NCBI RefSeq assembly: GCF_009914755.1
Contig: NC_060937.1
Reading direction: 5' to 3' (one strand)
Length of the DNA stretch: 64,000 nucleotides
Source of the DNA: the human T2T-CHM13v2.0 reference genome, Homo sapiens
The first letter of the stretch is position 1. Every line of letters begins with the position of its first letter. Below, one piece after another: positions 51,761 through 64,000 of the stretch. Below the pieces are notes generated by a model, which was given only the letters and a program-made list of their open reading frames with translations, was not told where the DNA came from and ran no database searches. The translations under genes were made by a program, and so were the position numbers.

Positions 51761-54700
51761 CCCAAGTGTTGCCATTGCACTTTTCGATTACTGCTTTATT
51801 AATGAGGATGACATGGTTACTAGCATCTGCAAAAATTTATTAATGCATCTCCACAATTATTTCATTTTACTAACTATAAACTATTTTATGAAAATGTCCA
51901 TTTTCTGTTTAAATACAGTACTTATCATACTAATGAGGTTTAATACTTTTATGTTTAAAAACCGTTTAAAGATACAGAATCCTGCTGCGGCATTTATTCC
52001 CTGCAGTGAACTTTCAACCTTAGGGCCAACTACAAAAGCACACACTCATGTTGGTACAGACGTAAAGCAAGAAGCATGAGGGCCAAGAAAAGAAAATGAT
52101 GCTATAGAAGTAAAGAGACCACCTTTTCTCAAATCCTGTAACCTAAATAGTGCATCACTTAAAAACTATTCCTGTAATTTGTAAACCCCTCTTCTAAACC
52201 CTTATCAAATCAAATCGCTGGTGTTATATTCAACAACATATCTATTCTTATCTCAGAAAGTCTTCAAATACAGATAAAGCTCAGGATTAATTTTTAAAGC
52301 ATTAACCCTTTCAGGTAATACTGTTTTGAAAATATTTTAAAATATTCCTATTTTAAAGTATTCTTCCTACCACGTTATTGTTTTCAAACACATTGCAGAT
52401 TTAAGCATCTGCTTTACATAAAAATATAGTGTCTGTACTTTGTACATATTTTCAATCATCTTTTTAAATTAGGTCTGAGTGGAGGTAAGAATTTTGATGT
52501 TCTTAATAATTCTACTTAAAATTAGATTCTACCAGTACTTAAATATACTAGAGACGTTCTTCATGTAAAGAACATATATAAGAAATTTCCTAATGTACTA
52601 ATCAAAAATCAAACAAACATATAATCTGCAAATGTATATAATCAGTCTTATACATATTTTGAAGAGCATATTAATACTTATATAAAAACTATATATACAT
52701 GAGCATAGCTACATACATACATGAAATATATACTCATGACAAAAATGTAAAACATAATACCTGCAGGTATGCTCAATATTAAAGGAATTTCACTGCTCAG
52801 AGTTAGAATGTTTAGAATTTTGAGTTGGCTGGTGCAGCTATATTGCTATTTCCATCTGTAGGGATTTGGATTAGTAGAAGGCAATATTCCACAGGGCAAA
52901 CTGGAACACTGGAAGGCAGAATATAAGCCCTTAATACTTTTCAATACCGACAAAGTACGATGAATGTATAAATGAATGACACAAATATAAACATGATTTT
53001 TTTTATAAAAAACATGGAAGATCTCAGCAAATGATCTGAAACTGTCAAATTGGAAATAGAAAGAATATAAATTACAAAACTAAAAGGCATAAATGGCTTA
53101 AAAATAAAGTTTAAATCTGTTCGCTGTCAATTTGATTCAACTACTAATATTTTATTCTTAAATACTTTTAAATGGACTGAGAAGTGTGGTGCCAGTGACA
53201 GATGATTGTTCAGAGAGTTTAAAATACAATTTCTAAATATTCTTTGTTCAAGCCATTTTATTTTTAAAAATCGAGTGGTTTTCAATAGTGAAAATAACTT
53301 ACTTCCCCATGTTCAGCATCCTAAAAACCTTCATTTACATTTTTGGCTTACCGTATCTATAATATACACCTTATAAAATATTTTTTTCTCATATGAATTC
53401 ACTTAATATTTTAAGAATTTTCTATGTATTCTGTTTTGTAGTTCTATGGGGAGAAGCCACAATTCACAGATCTGATTTAACTAAGTGACACTAGAATATA
53501 AAAGTGTGTTTTTCTCTGCACATTATCTTAGTTGCATTTCCTGTTCATTTCTTAGTTCAAGGCTGACATATGTAGTCTTCACTTTTTATTTCTTGATCCT
53601 CTATTTAAGCTTGTTAACTTGATTTTGTACATTCTTTCTTTATTCATATTGCATATTAAATGCCTCTTTCTAAATAGCATATTTGGCCACTTTTTAATGT
53701 ATATTCCCTTTATCAAAACGTTTATACAAACAAACATATCATAATATAATAATATGTAATAAAATAAGTAGATAGTAGCATAAAATACTTTCCTAAGAAT
53801 TTTCAATGATACTTTGTAAAGTGAATTTTTGCCTCTGGATATAATTTAATCATCATTCATTGCCGAGCTTCATTTATTTATTATGTACACATGATCATCT
53901 GAATAAAACAGCAATGGCAATAGTAATACCCAAATTACGATGTTATATTTCCACAGATTATTTTGTTTCCTAAAGCATATTTTCCCAGAGAATCTTTAAT
54001 AACCAAAGTATGAGTTTAAATAGAAAACTAGTTTCCTCACGTATTTCACATTGCATTTGACTCCCCTTCCTTGTCTAAGCAATGGGAGGGCATGTATTTT
54101 TTAAATGATTTCTCCTGATTACAACTTCTCCTGTTCCCTTTCATAACTACTATATAGTGCCTGGAAAAAAAATGAAGATATCACTTTTTTATGTTGTACC
54201 TTTGTTCTTTAGATTCATTAAATGATGTTGGAAATACTGTAAAAATAACAGTACTTTATGGTAATTGTTTAAAGCTGCAATGCCTGCAAGGTACCTCACA
54301 GTATCTTGTAGTAATTGCTTAAAGCTGCAATGCCCTGTGTGGACAGCACCTTATTCACTACCCAACCCACTCACACACACACCCTATTGATGCTCATGCT
54401 TTATCACTAGGCTCCTAATCCAAACTTCCTGTTTTCTTCTAATTAATATCACATCACCCTAATTGGGTTTTTCACTTGTAAGCTTTGTGGATTAACGTTT
54501 CTATTGCTATGTTAATTAGCTCTTACGTACCAAGGACGATCTCTACAACCAAGAACCAAAATTACCATTCTAGAATATCACTATAATAACATGGGCATGA
54601 GCAGTCTCTCCTGGAAACCATCCAAACAAATTTAATTATTGAAGTATTTAAGAGATTATGTTGTAAAACTGTTTTACCACCAAAGCAGTCACTCACATAG

Positions 54701-55167
54701 CATAGGTACTCAGAACAGCATTTTGAAGAGGTTTCAGTCTAATTCCACAAGCGTTTTTCATGTACTTACATGTGCTACACACTACAATTTTTTGTGTTAA
54801 GTGCTTGCTGGTAGAGTTCCTATTTTACATGAGCTTACATTCTTTTAGGGGTGATAGATACACAAAAAAATCAGTGAAGCATGACATAAAGAGTTTTATC
54901 AGAAAGACAACTGCATACAAGAGTACAAGGTGATTTTAGAGGAGTAGGCTAGGGAAGTCTTAGAATAACATTAGTATGGCCTTCTAATGAGAGATTTCCG
55001 GTCTCACTGTTTTTCTTTGACTCTCAGATGGTCATTATTCCAAGGAAAATAGTAAAGTCTTCATTTGGGGAAATTATATTTATGTTTCCACTAAAATTAG
55101 AATGACTAGGTTTAATTTCAGCTCTGAATGACCAATTTACAGTTTCAGACAAGTGCCTAGTGCCTAG

Positions 55168-55911
55168 TATATTCATTTGCTAGGGCTGCCATAATGAAGT
55201 CCCATAGACCGGTGGCTTAAAAAACAAATAAAAATGAATAAGATCATGTTCTTTGCAGGGACATAGGTGGAGCTGGAGGCCCTTATCCTTAGCAAACTAA
55301 CGCAGGAAGAGAAAACTAAACACTGCATGTTCTCACTTGTAAGTGGGAGCTAAAATGATGACACATAGAGGGAACGACACACACTGGGGCCTCTTCGAGG
55401 GTGGAGGATAGGAGGAGGAGGAGGGAGAGGTTCATGAAAAATATCTAATGGGTACAAGGCTTAATACCTGGGTGATGAAATAATCTGCACAGCAAACCCC
55501 TATGACACAAGTTTACCTATGTAACAAACCTGCACGTGGACCTCTGAACCTAAAATTAAAGTTAAAAACAAAAACAAAGAAAACCCTAATTTCTCACTAT
55601 ACTGGAGCCTAGAAATCTGAGAATGAGGTATAGACAGGGTTAGATTCTTCTGAGTCCTCTTTCTCCTTGGCTTATAGATCTGGCTGTGTTCTTTCTTTTT
55701 CTTTACATGTTCTTCCCTCCATGAGTGTCTGTGTACTAATCTCTTCTTATAAGGACACCAGTCATGTTGGATTAGGCCCCACTCCAGTGACCTCATTATA
55801 GTTTTATTACCTTGTTAAAGATCCTGCTGCCAAATACAGTCAGCTTCTGAGGTACTTGGGGTCAAAACTTCAACATATTAATTTTGGGGAAACACAATTC
55901 TGCCCATAACA
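55168..55911 (-). mobile_element. MLT1B-like MaLR solo LTR, split by an L1PA
   Basis: tttgctagggctgccataa...cttataaggacaccagtcat...acacaattctgcccataaca; 5-bp TSD cctag/cctac. Confidence 0.9.
55231..55570 (+). mobile_element. Older L1PA 3' end nested in the MLT1 LTR
   Basis: agatcatgttctttgcagggaca...ttctcacttgtaagtgggagcta...gtaacaaacctgcacgtg; TSD aaaacaaa(t/g)a. Confidence 0.92.
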
Positions 55912-56497
55912 CCTACTGAATACACATTTGTTAGCTGGAAAATAAGTAGCCAAAGTAATCACCATTGATCAAATAATACTAATTAATTTGAGGTCCTATT
56001 TGAACTCATATCCCTCTCTCTGCACCCCTGCCACAACCAGAGTAAGGGTGGAAATTTTTAGGAAAGACACATTTAACATATTTCCTCTCTCTGAAGATAA
56101 TCAGGTGGAAAGAACACTATACTGGGTGTCACGAGCCATGGGTTCCTTCTCAGTTTGCTGCACACTTGCTGCCTGGCTTGGCAGATCAGCTATTGGGGTC
56201 TCAATTTTCTTATTTTTAATGTAAAATATGAAAGAGAAATATTCTGATTTTTCTCCAAGTTAAAGGAGACTTGACTGGCTTCTATCTTATAACAGGGTGG
56301 GGTCATGATGATGAAGATGGTACTAACTTCTAGCATGTATTTAGCACAAGGTTCAGACACTCTATTCTGTCTGGCTCTTAATATGGAATTTCGTGTCTCA
56401 CAACAATACACAAGGTGGATAGTATTATTCCCATTTTTCTGTTGTGAAAATGGAAGCTCAGAATACTGAGGAAATCATCTAAAACCATATTACACAT

Positions 56498-56857
56498 TGC
56501 TATAGTCTGAAGGTTTGTGTTCCCCCAAATTCATATGTTGAAAACTAATTCCCAGTGCAGCAGTGTTTAGAGATGGGCCCATTGGGAGGTGATTAGGTCA
56601 TAAGGGCAGATCCCCTATGAATGAGATTAGTGCCCTTATAATAGAGACCTGAATGGTGCATGTTTGCCCCTTCTACTATGTAAGGACACAGCAAGAAGTC
56701 ACCATGTCTGATCTAGGAAGCAGGCCCTCAACCAGATATTTCTGGTGCCTTAAATTTGAACCTCCAAGCCTCCACAACTGTGAGAAATACATTTCTATTT
56801 TTTATAAGTTACCCAAACTAAGGTACTTTGTTATAGCAGTCTGAACAGACTAAGACA
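56498..56857 (+). mobile_element. MLT1A-like MaLR solo LTR adjacent to MIR fragments
   Basis: tgctatagtctgaaggtttgtgttcccccaaattcatatgttgaaa...ttgttatagcagtctgaacagactaagaca; TSD cacat/gacat. Confidence 0.9.
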
Positions 56858-57305
56858 GACATAACGAGGGAAAAAAAAATGACTTTGTGTTTCCAGTTAA
56901 TAAACTTTCCATATCAGGGTGAAGTAGGACTATACTTTCATAGTCATGACTGGTACAGTTATTTAAAAAATCTCTTGACTCCATCTGCAATGCTGAAAAA
57001 TGCTTTTTGGACAGAGAATAACTTTGATAGAGAATGCATATGTTACAGGAAAAAAATTATGCTCTTTTAAATGTACTTACCTTTAAGTTAATAACTTTTT
57101 AGCAAAATATGAACATGTTTTCATTTTTCCTCTTTAAAATTATACACAAAAACATAGAAACTTATGCTATCAAAATTATAGTTATAAAATATTTTAGTCA
57201 ATTAACACAGAATAAATTTTTATGCTCTTATAAAACCCTATTTACTAGATTTCTTATTTTATTATGATATTCTTTCATGTTTGGCGGCCTTATAACTTGT
57301 GACAT

Positions 57306-57635
<330 letters not shown>

Positions 57636-60600
57636 GACTTATTAAATTTTTTAAATATTGTGTTCTATACCATAATAATTTGTACACAAAAACACTCGTT
57701 CCTATGATAAAAGGTAGTGGTGTATTTTTTGGAATGCATCTGTTACTGCATTGCATATTTTAAAAATCTTATCTAGCCTTCACAATAAGGAAAATGTTGG
57801 TAGATACTGAGGGACACAGTGAGACTGAATTTTCATATAAAGTGCACCATGCAAAGATCTTTGTAATTTCTGGCAGTAAAATAAATAGAAAACTGAAAGA
57901 GATATTGAGCTCTTCCAAGCTCTCCAGTGATGTATAATCTAGTCCTAGTGGCAAAATCAGGCTCATATTCTCATACTACCAGTTGGTAGTTATCCGGTTA
58001 AACAGAGAATTTTATCTCTGCCTTCTGATTATCTATATTAATAAGAAACCAGTATTCATCTCATAAAATGGAGATGTGGTCTTTTTGTCTGAAAGATATT
58101 CCTATGATAGGATCTAGCCCTGCAGAGACTTTGAGAGTACTACCTCAAACCAATGTTCTATGCACCTTTATTTTATTAAGGTAATTCTATTTAGCATTCT
58201 GTTTTCATTCCAAGATGACAGTCATTCAATACTGTAACACCAATTGTGACCTCAAAGATCGTTTTGTGTAATTTTTACAAAATGACCAAAATTTATTTCC
58301 TCTATTATTCCTGTTATAAAATATAATCTAAAAGAGCAATTTTGATCTAGTACTTTCCTATGCCCTGTCAGTGACAGCAGTGGTGAAAACTTCAACTAAA
58401 GATTATTTACAGGTGGAAAATGAAACTAGAGAGGATGCTGCTTGGTTTTCCATTTCAGAGCTTTGTTTGCATTCCATATAGCCTTTGATCTATAAATATA
58501 GGATATCTGGTATAAAAGCCATTGAAGAAGTATGAGCATGAAAATTTTATGAAACCATTTTTACAAGATTACTTCATCTGACTACACATATATTGTAGGG
58601 ATTATGAACAACTGTCCTGTTGCCATTCATCTATTAATGATCATGGTCATTAATTCCTTTGGAGGGGAGGGAAGAAGGTGGAACCAAGTCTAGAGACATA
58701 CAAGAATGTATTTTGCACATATTAATGGTAGCTTACATCTAGAAAAAAAACAAGCAATAGCATAATGGCATCAATGTTACCTCTTTTAATGTAATTTTGT
58801 GTAGGTGTCCACATTTTCTGACCCACCGAAAAAAATTAAAATGAGAAGGCACACTGGGAAACCAAACAAATTTCCTTTTTATGACAATGACCTCCATATA
58901 AGAAGCACACATACAAGTGGTGAAAGGAAATGTGATTAAACTGTCTACCAGAAGCCTTTTAAGGTTCTCATAAAAATTGGATGTGCAGGAAATACTTGAA
59001 CAATGCATTAAGTGGCAGCACACACTGAATGTGTTCAGGGTTTTAAAATTTTCAAAAGAGAAACCTATCTTTTCTGTCCACATCAGCTAATGTTTTTCAA
59101 CTGTTTTGTTGACTGCAGCTCACTGAACTACTATCCCCACCCTACTTACTTCAAAAAAGGAATCAGCTTAGAGCTTTGTAAAATCTGCATTATTTATGAA
59201 TAGAATGTTATGTATTTTTATTTATGAGTTCAATTCCATTTATATATGTCACCTTTTTCTGCTTTGTTCATTTAACATTCAAAGATGAGCTAGCCATATG
59301 ATAGTAAAAAATTAAAAATGTAAAAGTATTCTCAGACTACATGGGGTCTCCTTTACAAACAATATATTAGGAATAAGAATAAAATGAATTCATCCCTAAT
59401 CAACTCACCCTACTCAGTGATTTATAAATATATGGTTGAGGAGTCTCCAAAAAAATAAATTACTTGGCCAATCAGAAGGCTTATGCTGTATCCTCAGGAA
59501 AATGTAAGTGAATGTGATTGATGTAGGAAAGAAATGTAACCTGTTTAATTTTATTCTGAAGTTAATGATATTTGAGAATGGTGGTGGGGGGGAAGGAAGT
59601 CAAAGATGCAAATGCTATCACTCATAGAATTTCTAATGCATTGTAGTTCTAGTGTTCTCAAGAGTAGGAAGCAGCAAGCACATGACTTTTCTGTTCCACA
59701 GGTTTATCCGTAGGTTGCCTGTGTCAAGTCCTCAACACCTGATATCATCAGCCATCGATTCTCTTAAACTAAGTGTACTCTGGTTTAATATTATTAATCA
59801 TTTCAATGCTTGTGAAGATTTTCCAGAAATGACAATATGGTTACCAATCAGCACCCCCCGACACCCAAAACACTTATGTTGCAAAGTCCTATGGAGTGGC
59901 TGAGAAAATTTATATTCACAGTGACTGAAAATGAGTAAGGTACTAGAGTGCATATATGTATGTTTATGTGTGTGGGTGTATGTGTTTGCTTCCTTGTGTT
60001 TGAATAAAACAGTTATATTATTATGAATGAAGTATATGGTAGATTAGTGAGAGGAAAGTCAGTAGCCAAATGGACACAGACATTAGTACCTGTGATCGTA
60101 ACAGGAAGGAAATTGTGCAGTCTCTTTCTGGATACCTTACAGAATAATTCATGATCCAGCTTACTTGAAAGAGTACCAGGGCACTTTTGATTCATAGGAT
60201 GCAGAAGCCTTGAGTAAAAATCTTGGCTCTGCCACTTGCTAGGTGTTTAATATTAAAGTATATTCACTTAGCTTTCCCGTGTCTCAGTTTTTTCCTCCAT
60301 AAAATAGCAGCCTTAGCCAGGAGCATCCTTTCTGTTGTCTTTCAGCCATAAATCACTTTGAAGAAACGAACTCGTGGAGTCCTCCATAATTCTTTAATTC
60401 CAAAGCAATTTCTGAAATAATTCTGCTATAACCATCAAATCAGATGAATATTCAAAATTTATATCAGCAAAATCAAATAAAACCAAATAGAAGAAATAAA
60501 TTCTGAAAGCATTACTTCTCCAGAGAAATTGTTTAAAGGGTAGCATATTCTAATTAAATATCCTATTTAATTCCCACTTGTGAGAAAAGAAGCCGAATCA

Positions 60601-60671
60601 TTCACTTTTGAAAGTTTGGGGGAAAAAAAAACTTTTTATTTTTTTCTAGGCTTAAATGTGTAAATCCTCAC

Positions 60672-60705
<34 letters not shown>

Positions 60706-60757
60706 GTATGTATATATCATACATACATATGTATTTATATGTGTATATATATCATAT
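60672..60757. repeat. (TA)n(CA)n low-complexity repeat
   Basis: Alternating purine-pyrimidine tract. Confidence 0.9.
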
Positions 60758-62259
60758 AATGAACTTGCAAAGCTCTTTTAACTTATACATTACAAATTCA
60801 GAATACAGTATCATCATAGTGAAATAATTTAGGGTAAAAATATGTTCGCTAAAACACTTCTAGAATGTTCAGCAATGTGCCAAAAATGTACAAAGTAGCC
60901 AGTTGTTTAGAAAATATTAACATCATTTTTACATAAATATATAAATATATTATGCAATATGTTAATATATAGTTAAGATAATTAAATTTACTGAGTTTCT
61001 GAGAATTTTATTCTTTCAGCTGTTTAAGGTCCATATTTAAGTTATAGAGTAAAAATTTTAGAAGTATTGGACACTCGTTATATTTTGTTACCCAGAGAAC
61101 CATAATATTAATATTACTCAGTGTTATAGGAAACCAACATAATATTTTTGCCTTTTTAGGCAAAAATCCTGAACATGTGATTTCTTAGTGTTATTTGAGT
61201 CTTTGTCAGAAAGCAAATGCCTTATTTTAATAAAGAACTTTCTTCTTAATAATCCAGGAACTAAAATGCCTTTTACCTATGACATCAGTATATTTTTAGC
61301 ATTGTCAACAAAGACAATATTAAAGAATCAGTTTAGAGGAAATAAATTTCTCAATTTCTCAGCTGAACAAGGTAAGTAAATGTTTTGTAAAACTCAATAG
61401 GAAAGATTAAGATGACTTGTCAACAGTATATATTATCATGTTGTAGTTGGTATTCTTTCATGATCCAAAAAATACAGCCAAGTTTGGCACCCACTGGGAA
61501 GAACTTCAAACTTTGTATTGCTACAATAGCAAAGCAGATTTATTAGACCCCAGTATCTAAATTAGGAATAAGAATGTCCTAGTTGGTTCATAGCTTAGAT
61601 TTATAAAAGTACCTTAGTCTACCTAGGGTAAGAGATATTTTTAGTTGTTCCTTTTTCTGTCAAGACAAAATGTTCAGTTCTCCTGTTTAGATCTTCAGCA
61701 ATTTCAACGTCAGGCAAACAAGGCAAGGAAAAGTGTCATCAATCAAATCTTAGAACCCCGTGAAGTGTCTTGGATTCTGTAAATATTAGTTAGAAAATTT
61801 GTATTAATATGCCTCAGCTCTAATTAAACAGTTCAAAACATGACATTTGTTTTTATATGAAACACTTAGAATCCAAAAATTTTATAAAAACATAAGCTAG
61901 GCAAAAAAAAAAAAAAAGGGGGCGGGGCGGCAAAAAAGAAACATTGAGTTCCAACTAAAAGAAGACAAAGATCTACTTAACGTGTAATCATGCTGAACAA
62001 AATTAATCAATTTTTCAATGTCGGCATTTATATAAATACAAATCATGCTGACAAATACACTCATCACACCTACAGCCTGCCTGCCTACTGCCTGCCTTGC
62101 TACTAGACAAGCAAATGGCCCCCACTAAATGTTGCCCAGTGAATCAGCATTGACTCAGCAGAATGACTTGACAATATGGCATTGTGGTTATCTAAATAAG
62201 TTGATTATTATTCAAACATCTTCACCAGTCTCTACCACCTAAGAAAAATGCAAAAACTT

Positions 62260-62571
<312 letters not shown>

Positions 62572-62647
62572 AAGAAAAATACAAAAACTCCTTGAAGCAT
62601 AGGAACAAAAAGCAGATAAAGCAAAAAGCAGAATAGTTGTATGCTGA

Positions 62648-63030
<383 letters not shown>

Positions 63031-63084
63031 GTGTTTGCATTTTTATACTTCACTAATTCATTCATTTTTAAATTAATTATTAAT

Positions 63085-63366
63085 ATTTTTTGGAGACGGG
63101 GTCTCAATCTCTCCCAGGCTAAAGTGCAGTGGCGCATCACGATTCACTGCAGCCTCGACACCCGGGGCTCAAGCATTCCTTTCTCCTCAGCCTCCTGAGT
63201 AGCTGGGACTACAGGCATGCACCATGCCTGACTATTTTTTAATTTTTGTAGTGACGAGATCCCACTGTTTGGCCTAGGCAGGTCTTGAATTCCCGGGCTC
63301 AAATGATCCTCCCACCTCAGCCTCTTAAAATGCTGGGATTACAGGCCTGAGTTTCCATTCCTGGCC
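63085..63366 (-). mobile_element. AluJ
   Basis: cactgcagcctcgac...gggctcaa(g/a)...cct, J-type motifs, diverged. Confidence 0.92.
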
Positions 63367-63809
63367 TTATTCAGTCTTTAAAAAATTGAGCACTTAAGGT
63401 AAGCAAAGTAAATTTCAAGTTGGTACTGAGTTTAACGCAAGGGTCTCTGTGTTTCCCTATCTTTACTGAAATGTACTAGGTGTAACTTATAAAAATAGAA
63501 ATAAAGTGATACAATGTGCAAATAAATTGAAGAAAATAAGCTCTACCTAGGTGAACAGTTACTATTAATTCTAGTGCAATAATGCATAGGAAAATTTGTG
63601 TATAATTATTACATAATAGTTGTTCAAGTGGAAGTGCATTTTTTTATTACAAAATAGACCTTAACAGAGAAATCACAAAACAATAAGAATACTTAGCTCA
63701 AACTAAAGGAAACAAAAATACATGTTAAATTATCATTAAATAGTTCTACTAGTCACAAAGTTAGTTACAGAACAACCCTTTTCAATATTAATTATAAAAT
63801 ATATTTTGC

Positions 63810-64000
63810 AGCCGGGCACCATGGCTCATGCCTGTAATCTCAGCACTTTGGAAAGCTGAGGCAAGCGGATCACTAGGTCAAGAGATCAAGACCATCCTGG
63901 CCAACATGGTGAAACCCTGTCTCTACTAAAAATACAAAAAAAAAAATTAGCTGGGCATGGTGGCGAGTGCCTGTAGTCCCAGCTACTCAGGAGGCTGAGG
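63810..64000 (+). mobile_element. AluSc-like, cut by window end
   Basis: ggatcactaggtcaagagatcaagaccatcctggccaacatgg. Confidence 0.93.

Overview
AT-rich, CpG-poor primate (very likely human) genomic DNA, almost entirely intronic. The only protein-coding sequence I can support is a 102-nt, phase-0 cassette exon on the minus strand (31515-31616) encoding [34 protein letters not shown], which I recognise as the alternatively spliced cytoplasmic-tail exon of protocadherin-9 (PCDH9). The window is therefore that exon plus parts of its two very long flanking introns. The rest is interspersed repeats (about 12 Alus from AluJ to a near-perfect AluY/Yc1, MaLR and ERV1 solo LTRs, L1/L2/CR1/MIR fragments, hAT transposons) and microsatellites. 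The other ORFs in the track appear to be repeat-derived or chance. I found no convincing new multi-gene system. The best leads are an in-frame candidate extra PCDH9 cassette exon, a 21-bp hairpin that pairs fully only on the PCDH9 sense strand, candidate antisense exons, a very young inverted Alu, a truncated AluY deletion junction and several local duplications and palindromes. Repeat subfamily names and boundaries of old repeats were judged by eye and are approximate.
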